Shown here one piece after another: positions 37,407 to 47,782 of a stretch of 59,229 bases of DNA. The notes beneath the pieces are model-generated. The model searched no databases. It was given only the letters and a program-made list of their open reading frames with translations, and was not told where the DNA came from. The number at the start of each line of letters is the position of its first letter. The stretch's first letter is position 1. The stretch is from a virus (taxonomy: Duplodnaviria; Caudoviricetes), in IMG/VR virus record IMGVR_UViG_3300028569_001325, positions 1 through 59,229 of that record. One strand, given 5' to 3'. Both the position numbers and the translations under genes were made by a program.

Positions 37407-39348
37407 CTATTGGGAAAGGTCCGGCAAAACCAACAGGTGGTGGTACATAAACCTCAACTTTTCCATTGGTGAATGTTTCTAAATTACTACCTTTTATTTG
37501 TGCCATCATCGCCATATTCATTAAATTTGGACCACCATCAGGAGCATCTCCTGTAGGTAAACCTAACCCTTGTAAATTTTCAATCACATTTGCAAATGCT
37601 CTTGTATCTGACACACCACCTAGTAATGAAGAACCGGCAAGTGCGAATAAAGGTAACCCTAAATTAAGTTGTGATATACCTAAATTAAGTAACTTTAGTA
37701 TATCATCAATAACACTTTTACAATTTCTATAATCAAGCAATGCCTGTCCTAACGCTAACAGTGCGTAAACAATTGCAGAATACATCGCTAATTGTTTATT
37801 TTTGGCTTCCTTGACAATATCAGATAATATCTTTTCTACTAATTGTTTAATTTGTTTTTTAACAATTTTAAACAACTCCTCAACAAAAATTGCTGTAACC
37901 TTTTGCATAAAATTTACAACAAATTTTCTAAACGTTTTCATAAACTTTTCTAAATCATCAAATAGGTTATCTAATTGAGATGAAAGTTGACTTGTAATCG
38001 CTTTAACCATAATTAAAAACCCTAACATAACCTTTGGTGATAAAATCGTTTTAAATACAATCTTAGGTAGTTGTGTGATAAGACTGGTATCTAAAGATGC
38101 CTTAAGATTAATATCTAACCCTAAAGACGGAACCAACTCTTGCCATTTAGGATCATTTGCTAACTCCCCTATTGCCTGTTCCACTCTGTCTATTTTTTTA
38201 GAACCTACATTTTCAGTAATAACTTCCTCAACAATACTTCTAGTTGCTTGTGGATTTACAGGTAATTTTAAATCCCCACAATCCTCAAACTGAACAACAC
38301 CATTTATAGTGTTATTTATACTCTCTTCAATAAATCTTAATTCTTGATTTGAGACTTCAAAAAAACCATCGTCAATTAAATCTTGATCACTTAATTTTGC
38401 AGTCCCCGAAACATCTATCTTTTTAGTTGGATCAGTACAAACCCCCATTATTCTTTTTAATATTAAATCAAATTTTTTCTGTTCTCTTAGTTCGTCAGTT
38501 GATAACCCTATACTAAAATCAAACGCTCCCGTCAAGGAGTTCATAATTTCTGCAGTTAAAACATCAAATTGTAAAATATCAATACTACCATAATAATCTC
38601 TTAAAAAATCAGATACTGTAGTTCTACTATTTAATTGAGGTTTAAGGGTTACTTTAAAAAAGTCCCCAAAGTTTGTGGGTCCGATTGCAGGGTAAAACTG
38701 AACATATTCAATATCAAATAAATCTTGTCCTGAAACTCCTCTATAATCTGAACCTAACTGTGTTTGATATGATTGTCCTAAATTTTGTAACCTATCATAT
38801 AATACTCGGTTAACTGAGTTTGGTATTATTCCTGGATTTGTTGGGGTATTCTCGTAATAAAATTTAGCGTCTTTGTCGTCAGGTGAAAATTTTAATCTTT
38901 TAAATAAATCTACCTGACTAACTTTAATGTATATTGGTTGATTTAATTTATCTTCATATGACTGTTCTTCTGAACAACCAATAGTTGAAACTATCTCCTC
39001 AACTAATATTTCACCTATTCTACTTTTAGTGACTTCAGCCGCCTCTAAGAAAAATCGACTAATGGTGTTTAAAGACTTATTTCCTGACTTCGGTAGGGAT
39101 TGTTTGAATAAATCTAAAAGTTGTTCTAGTTGATTTTTAACCTCGTTTTTTAGTTGGTTTTTAATATCACTTGTACCACTTTTTAATTCATTTAACTGTT
39201 TTGTTACATCACTCTTTTTTTTATCTAAAGATGTTTTTGCCTTTTGTTTTTTTTCACGCAGCTCATTTTTTTTACTTTCAGCAGTAGTTTGATAAGCACT
39301 TACTTTAGTTTTTGCTTTATTATAATCGTTATTTAAATCTAAACCCAT
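37369..39348 (-). CDS. Hypothetical (putative baseplate/tail) protein
   Basis: 659-aa ORF translationally coupled in the late minus-strand unit. Confidence 0.75.
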   Translation of the reverse strand: MGLDLNNDYNKAKTKVSAYQTTAESKKNELREKKQKAKTSLDKKKSDVTKQLNELKSGTSDIKNQLKNEVKNQLEQLLDLFKQSLPKSGNKSLNTISRFFLEAAEVTKSRIGEILVEEIVSTIGCSEEQSYEDKLNQPIYIKVSQVDLFKRLKFSPDDKDAKFYYENTPTNPGIIPNSVNRVLYDRLQNLGQSYQTQLGSDYRGVSGQDLFDIEYVQFYPAIGPTNFGDFFKVTLKPQLNSRTTVSDFLRDYYGSIDILQFDVLTAEIMNSLTGAFDFSIGLSTDELREQKKFDLILKRIMGVCTDPTKKIDVSGTAKLSDQDLIDDGFFEVSNQELRFIEESINNTINGVVQFEDCGDLKLPVNPQATRSIVEEVITENVGSKKIDRVEQAIGELANDPKWQELVPSLGLDINLKASLDTSLITQLPKIVFKTILSPKVMLGFLIMVKAITSQLSSQLDNLFDDLEKFMKTFRKFVVNFMQKVTAIFVEELFKIVKKQIKQLVEKILSDIVKEAKNKQLAMYSAIVYALLALGQALLDYRNCKSVIDDILKLLNLGISQLNLGLPLFALAGSSLLGGVSDTRAFANVIENLQGLGLPTGDAPDGGPNLMNMAMMAQIKGSNLETFTNGKVEVYVPPPVGFAGPFPIVAKPSKGSGKFM

Positions 39349-39713
39349 TATAATTTATAATTTTGTCCACTATTATCAACATCCTTGTTTATTAACATTT
39401 TAAGTGTTTCATCATCCATATCAGACATAGTAAAATTATCTTCTTTAGATGAAGATGATTTTTCCCATATTGTTGATTGTAATTTAGATAGGGTTAGTTT
39501 TTTTTCTATGGTGTCGTTTATTATTTTTTGTTGCTCTTTAATAACCGGACCAATCATAGTCATATCTTCAGGATCCTTTAACATCCCTAACATTTTATTT
39601 TGAATCCTAATTGCGGTAGCTCTTTGTTCTACCAACTCATTATAGATTTCCTGCATTAACCCTAAAACTGAATCCTTATTTAAGGATATTTCTTTTTTTC
39701 TCGATCTATTCAT
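39348..39713 (-). CDS. Hypothetical coiled-coil protein
   Basis: 121-aa ORF with TATTTAT 4 nt upstream. Confidence 0.75.
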   Translation of the reverse strand: MNRSRKKEISLNKDSVLGLMQEIYNELVEQRATAIRIQNKMLGMLKDPEDMTMIGPVIKEQQKIINDTIEKKLTLSKLQSTIWEKSSSSKEDNFTMSDMDDETLKMLINKDVDNSGQNYKL

Positions 39714-39729
39714 AACAATAAATATTTAA

Positions 39730-40479
39730 TTATTGATTATGTATTTTTTTTACAGTATCTAAATAAAGATGTTTGTATTTTTTTAGGTATATTCTTATCT
39801 CTTTAGTGTTCATATTTGTCATCTCCCTTAAAGATAAAAGAACAATATTTTTGTTAAATTTATTATTATCGTTACCTATAAAAATATTCCCATAATTATC
39901 AAACAACTCTATCAACGCCTGTCCTAACTTAAATTCATTTTCAACTAAAGTATTATTATTTACGTAATTTTTTAAATCAACAAGAAAAATATCTATTATT
40001 TTTTCTGCATCAATTTTTTCAAATTCCATATAATAAATCATATCAGGACGATTCTCTAAAGTTGTTGAAATATCCTCATATGATATTTTTCTATTCATTT
40101 CTTTTTGGTCTTTTAAAATTTGACCCATCAAATAGTTTTTACATATAGTACCAAAGTAAGAATATGCTTTTTTGTTTTTTGCTGGTTTAAATTTATCAAC
40201 CTTAGTGATTAAAAAAGAATGTGTGTCACGATGAACATCAATATAATCCATGCCTTTTCTATATAACTTATATCTTCGTATGATAGATTCAATCATTTTC
40301 TCTAACGGCATACGAAGAAATTCATTATAAATTTTTTCTTTTTCTTCTTTTGTTTCTGCAATTATATATCTCTTAACTGCCTCTTCTTCACGGACATCAA
40401 AGTAATTAGTTGTTTTTACTTTTTTTACCGTCTTATTCTCTTCACATATATTCTTTTCTTCTTCATTTAATAATGACAT
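39730..40479 (-). CDS. Phage late-transcription sigma factor (T4 gp55-like)
   Basis: NYF...E..AV..Y and KVDKFKP.KNKKAYSYFGTICKNY resemble gp55 region 2 (FDP.K..N.FAYFT.I). Confidence 0.7.
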   Translation of the reverse strand: MSLLNEEEKNICEENKTVKKVKTTNYFDVREEEAVKRYIIAETKEEKEKIYNEFLRMPLEKMIESIIRRYKLYRKGMDYIDVHRDTHSFLITKVDKFKPAKNKKAYSYFGTICKNYLMGQILKDQKEMNRKISYEDISTTLENRPDMIYYMEFEKIDAEKIIDIFLVDLKNYVNNNTLVENEFKLGQALIELFDNYGNIFIGNDNNKFNKNIVLLSLREMTNMNTKEIRIYLKKYKHLYLDTVKKIHNQ

Positions 40480-41288
40480 TATACTTCTTCGGATACATAT
40501 TTTATATTCCTATCATTAGTGAAGAAATGTTCTTTTTTTGCAGATTCAATCCAAAACTGTACCTCGTTGTCTGAGATTTTTTCTTGACCATTTTTATAGT
40601 TCCAAAATATTGACCCCTCTCTTAGGTTCATATGTTTATAACCAATTCTTGGAATCGTCATAATTTTTGTTGAATTGTACGTTAATCTTAGTAACAACTC
40701 ATAAACAAATGTTAATTTCATTGATGGTTTAAACCCTCCAATACTTTCAAAAGTAGATTTTTTAATAACCATCCCACTTGTTTGAAAATTTTGGTAAGAC
40801 AATAATACATCATTATTTAAATAACCAATTTCCGTGTTTAAACTTGCAGCAAACGTAGCTTCGTTTGTAAACCCAACAAACATACCTTTTTCGTCTGTAT
40901 CAACAACTAAAGGTAAGAATGTGTCTACTTCAGGATATGCTTCTGCAAACCTTCTAACATTTTTAAACCAAATACTTGAGTATTCGTCGTCAAATTCTAA
41001 AACGCTAACCCATTTACTTTTTGCGTTTTTTACACCTAAATTAACCTGTGTACAAAAATCAAAGTCCCCGTCATTTTGTATTAGATTAACGGTTAAGCCG
41101 CTAAATTCATATTTGTTTAAAAATGATTTTAGGTTGTCTTCACCTGAGTGTACAATTACTAATTCATTAATTCCTAAGTTTTGAATTTCTAATGATTTAA
41201 TTGCTCTGTCAAATAATTCATCGAAATTTTTATTCATTGATGAGTTAATTGGTAATATTACTGATACGTCAAATTTTTCTTTTTCCAT
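40479..41288 (-). CDS. Glycosyltransferase family 2
   Basis: VSVILP, NLGVKNAKSKWV.VLEFDD and FESIGGF motifs. Confidence 0.85.
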   Translation of the reverse strand: MEKEKFDVSVILPINSSMNKNFDELFDRAIKSLEIQNLGINELVIVHSGEDNLKSFLNKYEFSGLTVNLIQNDGDFDFCTQVNLGVKNAKSKWVSVLEFDDEYSSIWFKNVRRFAEAYPEVDTFLPLVVDTDEKGMFVGFTNEATFAASLNTEIGYLNNDVLLSYQNFQTSGMVIKKSTFESIGGFKPSMKLTFVYELLLRLTYNSTKIMTIPRIGYKHMNLREGSIFWNYKNGQEKISDNEVQFWIESAKKEHFFTNDRNIKYVSEEV

Positions 41289-41295
41289 AATTTTT

Positions 41296-42360
41296 TTAGT
41301 TTTCTTCAGATACTTTTATTTTTTCTAATTGCTCAGAAAACGTTTTTGTTCTTTTTTCAAAATATTCATTAAATAATTCTTGTACTGATGTGTCAAATTT
41401 TTCTTTAGATGCGTATTTTAATCCCGTTTCTTGCATTTTTGCGTGTAACTCTTCGGATATGTTATCCTCTAACCAATTTTGTGTGTAGTTTGCAATAATA
41501 TCCACTATTTCGTTAAACTGATAAGTCCATACTCCGTTTTCTTCATTCATCCATTCAGGTTTTAAATTTGGAACCTTACCAATAACAGGTGTTCCAGAAA
41601 TCATACTCTCTAATGGGTATGTTCCAAACCCTGACTCACTATCAACCCAAACAGATACATAAGATTCTTTTAAGAAATTTGCAAAATCTTCTTGTTTAAT
41701 TCCTCTCATATCTCTAAATGTAATCCATCTATATTGAGGGTATTTTAAATAAAAAGTTTTAATAATCTTAGCACTATCTCTAGGTTCTCTTGTGTGAATT
41801 GAGATAATAGGTTTAGATGGTTTTTCTTTTTTAGAGAAGTTATCAGAAATAAATGGTTCTACCACATCCATACTAACAGATCTCATAATTTCTGATAGGT
41901 GCTTTTTTTGAAATTCTGAAGTGGTGATACATTTTATAAATCCATATTGGTTCCAAGTTACTCCAGGAGGTAATGTTTCCAAGACGTGATCATATGCTTG
42001 ACATAAAACCACCTTACCACAAGGGAAGTTTTTTAATTGATCCATAACGTGAGCATAAATCTCAGGGATAATAATAAAATCTTCAGGAGAAATCGATAGA
42101 TTTTGGTTTTCAATTGATTGGTGTGGGATATCCATATATTCCTCCCCTAACCATTCTGAAACTCCAGTATATTCTTTAGTCTCATGAATTATAATACTGT
42201 TATATCCATTATTTTTTAGTGTTAATGCCATGTCATAGATATACTTAACGCCTGCTCTAGGGTTACCTTTAGTGTCTTGTACTAAAAAATAAATTCTAGA
42301 TGATTTGTTTTTTAAATTTTCTAATGACTTTTCAAGTTTTTGAATTTTTTCTAATTCCAT
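41296..42360 (-). CDS. GT-B (family 4-like) glycosyltransferase
   Basis: IIIPEI and SGFGTYPLESM.SGTPVIG motifs. Confidence 0.75.
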   Translation of the reverse strand: MELEKIQKLEKSLENLKNKSSRIYFLVQDTKGNPRAGVKYIYDMALTLKNNGYNSIIIHETKEYTGVSEWLGEEYMDIPHQSIENQNLSISPEDFIIIPEIYAHVMDQLKNFPCGKVVLCQAYDHVLETLPPGVTWNQYGFIKCITTSEFQKKHLSEIMRSVSMDVVEPFISDNFSKKEKPSKPIISIHTREPRDSAKIIKTFYLKYPQYRWITFRDMRGIKQEDFANFLKESYVSVWVDSESGFGTYPLESMISGTPVIGKVPNLKPEWMNEENGVWTYQFNEIVDIIANYTQNWLEDNISEELHAKMQETGLKYASKEKFDTSVQELFNEYFEKRTKTFSEQLEKIKVSEEN

Positions 42361-42363
42361 TTT

Positions 42364-42651
42364 TTAAAGTGTTTTTAGTATTTTGTTTATTAGTAATGTA
42401 TTAAATGATAGTTTAAATGGTATTGTTAAATCTTTTGCTCCGTGAATACCTAATGTCTCGTCTAATTCTTCTCTTTCTGTTAATAGTACCTCTATTAAAA
42501 TTTTAAATGTGTCATAACGAGTGACACTAATTTGTTGATCTGGCGTTTCCGTTTCTCCTGTTGGTACAGTTAACGAAGATTTTTCATAACTTACTTGTTT
42601 TTCCAATTCGTTTATGTCCAAGTAGTAATTTTCTCCTAAGAATTTTAACAT
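42364..42651 (-). CDS. Hypothetical protein
   Basis: 95-aa ORF within the operon. Confidence 0.7.
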   Translation of the reverse strand: MLKFLGENYYLDINELEKQVSYEKSSLTVPTGETETPDQQISVTRYDTFKILIEVLLTEREELDETLGIHGAKDLTIPFKLSFNTLLINKILKTL

Positions 42652-43298
42652 GTTACTTTTAATTTTTCTAAAATACCGTCAAATTCTTTCAATGATTCAA
42701 TTTCAAATTCAGATCCAACATTTTTATTATAAATTGTTACATACTTAATAACAATTTTATCTTTTGGTTTATTAATAATCAAATTTGGATTTGATGTTAA
42801 TAAAATATCAACTTCATTCCACATAGTGTCAATAGTTGCGTTAGAGTAAAATTTAATTTTTTCAAGTAAACACCCGAATTTAGATAGAAAGAATAAGGAT
42901 GCAGGTTTAGATCTACCCATCTCATCCGACAAAATGAGTAATTCGTTGTTGTCTCTATACTTCATATACAAATCATTTAAATCATTAAACGTAAATGTCT
43001 CTGTTGATCCGGCGTGTCCAAATATTTGCATTGCAAAGTCCTCATACATAAATGAATATAATTCATTATCATCATTAAATCTAAAGTGGTCGGTTAAGTT
43101 CAATGAAGTAACATCACTCAGAATTTTATATTCAAACTCTTCTTTTGGTACTAATTCTTCGGTATTACCAGACATATCAATATCAAAGGTTTTACCATCA
43201 TGTTCGTTTTCCTCTATCATATGTTTTTCATACAGTTGGGTAAACTTACTAATAGTGTCTCTTAATACTCCGTTAATTTCAATCCCTATTCTCTTCAT
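42645..43298 (-). CDS. HAD-fold 5'(3')-nucleotidase-like protein with a degenerate motif I
   Basis: RIGIEINGVLRD in place of DxDGV; C-terminal DILL and YN motifs. Confidence 0.55.
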   Translation of the reverse strand: MKRIGIEINGVLRDTISKFTQLYEKHMIEENEHDGKTFDIDMSGNTEELVPKEEFEYKILSDVTSLNLTDHFRFNDDNELYSFMYEDFAMQIFGHAGSTETFTFNDLNDLYMKYRDNNELLILSDEMGRSKPASLFFLSKFGCLLEKIKFYSNATIDTMWNEVDILLTSNPNLIINKPKDKIVIKYVTIYNKNVGSEFEIESLKEFDGILEKLKVTC

Positions 43299-44013
43299 AT
43301 TTTTTTAATATCTTACTTATCAAAGGATTTCTAACAATATCGTCATCACTAAACTCAAAAACCCCCATATCGTTTACGTTTTTAAACTTTTGTATTGCGT
43401 CGTATAGTCCCGACTGTTTTTTATCTTTGTATCTGTCTGTTTGTTCAATGTCTCCCGATATAAAGAATTTACTATTAAACCCTATTCTTGTCAATAGTAA
43501 TTTCATTTGATTTGGGCTTGAATTTTGAGACTCCTCAAATATTAAAATAGTGTTATCAATATTCATCCCTCTCATATATGCCAAAGCGAAGACTTCAATG
43601 ATTTCAGCATCTTTTAATTTTTCACGAGCATCTTTACCTATAATTTTATTTAATAGGTAGTAGGACGGAAAAATATACGGATCTAATTTTTCTTCTAAGT
43701 TACCAGGTAGAGAACCAAGCTTCTCCTCGGCTTCAACCGCAGGTCTTACAATAACCAATTTTTCATATGCATTATTAGTGTCCATTAATAAATCCACAGC
43801 AGCTTTCATGGCTATGTATGATTTACCTACCCCTGCGGGTCCCGAACAAATTGTTATTTGGTTGTTTCTAAGTAAGTTATAATAAACTTCTTGGTTTTCT
43901 GTTAAGAATTTATTTTTTTGTTTTTTCTTAATTATTGAATTAATAAAATCTTTTTTTGAAAATGTCTTAATCTCTCCTTCTTCAGTTTGTGGTTGTGGTT
44001 TTCTTCTTGTCAT
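43279..44013 (-). CDS. phoH: PhoH-like ATPase
   Basis: GPAGVGKS, RPAVEA.EKLG.LPG, AYMRG, EESQN, LTRIG, GD..Q.D and DIVR motifs. Confidence 0.95.
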   Translation of the reverse strand: MTRRKPQPQTEEGEIKTFSKKDFINSIIKKKQKNKFLTENQEVYYNLLRNNQITICSGPAGVGKSYIAMKAAVDLLMDTNNAYEKLVIVRPAVEAEEKLGSLPGNLEEKLDPYIFPSYYLLNKIIGKDAREKLKDAEIIEVFALAYMRGMNIDNTILIFEESQNSSPNQMKLLLTRIGFNSKFFISGDIEQTDRYKDKKQSGLYDAIQKFKNVNDMGVFEFSDDDIVRNPLISKILKKYEENRD

Positions 44014-45041
44014 TTATTTAAGAATACTTGTTTATTAATCCATTCGTATGTTTTTTCCATACCTTTGATTAGTGGTTCAGAAACAACCCAACCAATTTTT
44101 GTTTCATAAAGTTTGTTGTCTGAATTTCTACCTCTCACGCCAACAGGACATTTAAAACCGTATTTAAGTTGAAATTCGTCTCCTTCTATATTTTTAATTT
44201 TAATATCTTTTCTTGAAATATCAATAGCCATTTGGGCTAATTCATTTATCGTAACCATCTCTTCTGATCCAATATTAACCGGTCCAATAAAATTACTATC
44301 CATTAATCTTAGTACCGCTTCAATACATTCGTCTATATATAAAAATGATCTTGTCTGATTACCATCACCCCACACTTCAATTTCAGTATCTGATTCTGCG
44401 ACTTTTCTACACATAGATGCGGGAGCCTTTTCCTTACCACCATTCCAAGTTCCGTAAGGACCAAAGATATTATGAAACCTTGCAATTCTTACGTCTAATC
44501 CATAATTTCTTTTGAAGGATAAGTATAGTCTTTCGCTAAATAACTTTTCCCACCCATATTCACTATCAGGGTTTGCTGGATATGCAGAGGACTCTTCACA
44601 GTTAGGATTTTCAGAATCCAACTGATTATGTTCAGGGTACATACATGCGGATGAAGAATAAAATACTTTTTTTACATTAAATTTTGTTGCGTAATCAACA
44701 ACATTTAAATTAATAAGTGCTGAATTATGCATAACATTCGCATCGTTTTCTCCCGTAAAAATATATCCTGCACCACCCATATCTGCAGCCAATTGATATA
44801 CCTCATCAAATGAGTTTTTTATATCGTTTAACTCCGTTTGGTTTGGTGCAAACATTACTCTTGACACTAAATGAGAATCTCTTAAATCACCTAATACGAA
44901 TTCTGTACAATATTCATTTTGTTTAAAATAATCATGAGGTTTAATATCAACAACCCTAACAAAGTTTCCTTCCTCATATAATCTTTTTGCTAAATGTCCA
45001 CCGATGAATCCTCCACCACCAAGAATTAGTATTTTTTTCAT
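44010..45041 (-). CDS. NAD-dependent epimerase, GDP-mannose 3',5'-epimerase-like
   Basis: GGGGFIG, QLAADMGGAGYI, SSSACMYP, YGWEK, GGKEKAPA.MCRK and GVRGRNSDN; start at 45041. Confidence 0.9.
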   Translation of the reverse strand: MKKILILGGGGFIGGHLAKRLYEEGNFVRVVDIKPHDYFKQNEYCTEFVLGDLRDSHLVSRVMFAPNQTELNDIKNSFDEVYQLAADMGGAGYIFTGENDANVMHNSALINLNVVDYATKFNVKKVFYSSSACMYPEHNQLDSENPNCEESSAYPANPDSEYGWEKLFSERLYLSFKRNYGLDVRIARFHNIFGPYGTWNGGKEKAPASMCRKVAESDTEIEVWGDGNQTRSFLYIDECIEAVLRLMDSNFIGPVNIGSEEMVTINELAQMAIDISRKDIKIKNIEGDEFQLKYGFKCPVGVRGRNSDNKLYETKIGWVVSEPLIKGMEKTYEWINKQVFLNK

Positions 45042-45054
45042 ATTGTTTTTTAAT

Positions 45055-45831
45055 TTACAAGTTTTTAATCCAATAAACTCCACATCTGTCTATAATTTTT
45101 ATTTCATCATTAATATTTTGAGATGCTCTAAAATCATGGGTACATGTTTTGGCTCCGTTAAGACAATAGTCGTCAATAATACAAACCCCCTTGTTTGATA
45201 ATTTATGATAACATGAGTAAAAAACATCATGTGTTGATTCGTACATATCACCATCCATTCTTAATAATGAAATTTTTTCTATATCCTTGTTATTCGGTAA
45301 AGTGTCACAAAAAAACCCTTTTATAAAAATCACATTTTCATCTAAACATCTCATAGACTCAAAATTATTTTTAACAGTTTCTAATGAAATTGAAAGTTCC
45401 TTATGTATGTAATGTATGTCCCCGTTATCTTGCGGAAATTTACCGCTTGGTTTAGGTAACCCTTCAAATGAGTCGCAAACAAATATTTTTTTATTCATTT
45501 CATATATATCACAATATAATTTCATAAAAATTGTTGCTCCACCTTTCCAAACCCCAGTTTCGATCAAGTCCCCCTCAATATCATTTATGCGAACATAATC
45601 CAACATTTCATGAAGATTATTCATTCTTTTCATACCAATCATTGTTAACGCATCTGTCGGCCAATCCAATCCTTCCATTCTTTGATAATCAATCTCAGCT
45701 GATAGAATATCGTCAATTTCTAATTCAGATGGGTACTCTCCCGTTTTTTTCCAATTATCAACTAACGACTGATTTTTTACCCTACCTAAAAGAGCAAACT
45801 TTAAAAAGTTTATTTTTTTTTGTTTTTCCAT
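45055..45831 (-). CDS. TylF/MycF-family sugar O-methyltransferase
   Basis: TMIG.KR, IEGD.IETGVWKGG, DSFEGLP, KGFF.DTLP, LRMDGDMYEST and IDDY motifs. Confidence 0.9.
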   Translation of the reverse strand: MEKQKKINFLKFALLGRVKNQSLVDNWKKTGEYPSELEIDDILSAEIDYQRMEGLDWPTDALTMIGMKRMNNLHEMLDYVRINDIEGDLIETGVWKGGATIFMKLYCDIYEMNKKIFVCDSFEGLPKPSGKFPQDNGDIHYIHKELSISLETVKNNFESMRCLDENVIFIKGFFCDTLPNNKDIEKISLLRMDGDMYESTHDVFYSCYHKLSNKGVCIIDDYCLNGAKTCTHDFRASQNINDEIKIIDRCGVYWIKNL

Positions 45832-45837
45832 TTTAAT

Positions 45838-46431
45838 TTAAATTTTATAATTTTTATTTTTTAATATTGTTAACCCATTATTGTTAGTGAATCTCTCATG
45901 AACTTCCCATTCATTACCATTTTCAGTATCTAAAAAATCTAAAACCGCGTTCCACAATCCTTGTTTTTTTGTTTCTATGTTTTTAATCTCATTACTTGCA
46001 TGTTCATAAATTATTTCATCTACCTCACCAAAATATGTGGTGTCATGTAAAATGATATATTTTGAACATTTATTAGAATGAATATCTAACTCACAAACTA
46101 ATTGATTATATGTGTGAAGAGTGTCGATAAACAACAAATCTGTACTTTCAATTTGAATATTTAAAACGTCCGTTTCTATAAAAGAATAATTAATACCATA
46201 CTCGTTTGATAGATTTATCACCTCATTAATTTGAGGGTGTGTTACAATATCATAACTAATCATTTTTTTTGGGTTAGATAGTAACAGTGGCCAAGTTGAC
46301 GAAACCCACCTAACACCCATTTCTGTTATGTGTTCACATTCATTGGCGTATTTAAGTAATGTTGGTAGATGTTCATTTATATCTGAAGGTGTTGAACATT
46401 GATTTTCGTATATTAAATTTATTTTTTCCAT
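45838..46431 (-). CDS. Class I SAM methyltransferase (Methyltransf_24-like)
   Basis: EMGVR, DLLFIDTLH, ILHDT and NNNGLT motifs. Confidence 0.8.
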   Translation of the reverse strand: MEKINLIYENQCSTPSDINEHLPTLLKYANECEHITEMGVRWVSSTWPLLLSNPKKMISYDIVTHPQINEVINLSNEYGINYSFIETDVLNIQIESTDLLFIDTLHTYNQLVCELDIHSNKCSKYIILHDTTYFGEVDEIIYEHASNEIKNIETKKQGLWNAVLDFLDTENGNEWEVHERFTNNNGLTILKNKNYKI

Positions 46432-47066
46432 TTTAATTTTTTTTTGTGTATTAATATCATATTATTTATGTCGTTCATTCTATTATTAGTTTTAAGTCTA
46501 TAGTGAAAAAATCCCTCATCAATTTCATTTGTATTATAAGTTAAATCAAATCTATATGAATTTATTAAAGGAATACCATTAGAAGAAAGAAATTTTCCAA
46601 AACAAACATCATCAATTAAACTAAAATCTAATTTTTCTTCATTATCTATTAATAAATGTACCAAGTCCTTAGAAATAATAAACCCTGATCCTGAACAAAA
46701 AGGTATACCAAAATGATTTCCTAAAATTCCAGAATAAAAATTGTTTTTAGGTTTATTTTCTAAATGTAATTTTAATAGATTTTTATCAATATATGAACTT
46801 GAATTTGTTCTTAGAACAAAATCAAAATCCATATTAGAAATAAGTTTAAACGCTTCTATAGATTTATTACCGCAATTTATTAAACTCTCAGGGACATCTG
46901 TTAAAATATTATTACCAACTATTATATTTTCATTATTATCACCAAAATAGTAATATGTTTCAACACCATCAACATTTACACTATCCCACGTTTGTTTTTG
47001 TGTTTTATAAAATTCAGTATATGTTCCTGAATCGTTATATGAAAGTACTAAAATTAATATTCTCAT
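46419..47066 (-). CDS. Galactosyltransferase/fringe-like (GT31-like) glycosyltransferase
   Basis: FDFVLRTNSSSYI, SGSGFIIS.D and DDVCFG motifs. Confidence 0.7.
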   Translation of the reverse strand: MRILILVLSYNDSGTYTEFYKTQKQTWDSVNVDGVETYYYFGDNNENIIVGNNILTDVPESLINCGNKSIEAFKLISNMDFDFVLRTNSSSYIDKNLLKLHLENKPKNNFYSGILGNHFGIPFCSGSGFIISKDLVHLLIDNEEKLDFSLIDDVCFGKFLSSNGIPLINSYRFDLTYNTNEIDEGFFHYRLKTNNRMNDINNMILIHKKKLKWKK

Positions 47067-47782
47067 ATTAAAAAGTTTATTAATTTATCTATTTCATTTT
47101 TGTGTCTTGGATATGGTCGTAAAGAGTGACAATCTACATAATTTTCAGATTTTAATTCATTTTCATCATATGTCCAATAAACTCTGTCAATTCTTTTTTT
47201 TGCTCTTCCATATTCCCAACCGCGATTTAATTTTGTTATTATGGATTGGTTTTCATACGAATCTACCATTTTTCCAAAATGTAACTCATCCGTATCCCAA
47301 CCTAATCCCATATTATTTAATTTTATACAATACTCCTCAAAGGTGTCTTCAAATTTCATAATGTGATTGAATACTGATCCCTTTGCGGCATTATAACATA
47401 TTGGATACCTAACTACCCCTTGATATGCGTCAGAACTAAAAATAACTAAATTATCATTATCTATGGTTTCAATATCTTTAACAAAATAATTCTTACTTAA
47501 TGGTAACATATCTATGTCCGATGTCAAACATACGTTATTTTGGTAGTACTTTGTAACATACATTCTTGCTATTTGTGATTGAAATCCCGTATTAATGCCA
47601 TCTATTTTTTTAAAATTGTGGATGATGGAATCGTCATATTCTACTACATCATCATTGTCAGATATTTTAACCAATAAAGGCTTAATGCCGACTAAATTGA
47701 ACCAAAGGGTTTTTACAGGTTCCCAAAATTCCGAATATAGTGGGTTATCGTCGGTACTTACAATTACATAATCTATCTTCAT
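47063..47782 (-). CDS. Putative GT-A glycosyltransferase
   Basis: QIARMY, TSDIDMLPL (DxD) and YPICY motifs. Confidence 0.55.
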   Translation of the reverse strand: MKIDYVIVSTDDNPLYSEFWEPVKTLWFNLVGIKPLLVKISDNDDVVEYDDSIIHNFKKIDGINTGFQSQIARMYVTKYYQNNVCLTSDIDMLPLSKNYFVKDIETIDNDNLVIFSSDAYQGVVRYPICYNAAKGSVFNHIMKFEDTFEEYCIKLNNMGLGWDTDELHFGKMVDSYENQSIITKLNRGWEYGRAKKRIDRVYWTYDENELKSENYVDCHSLRPYPRHKNEIDKLINFLI

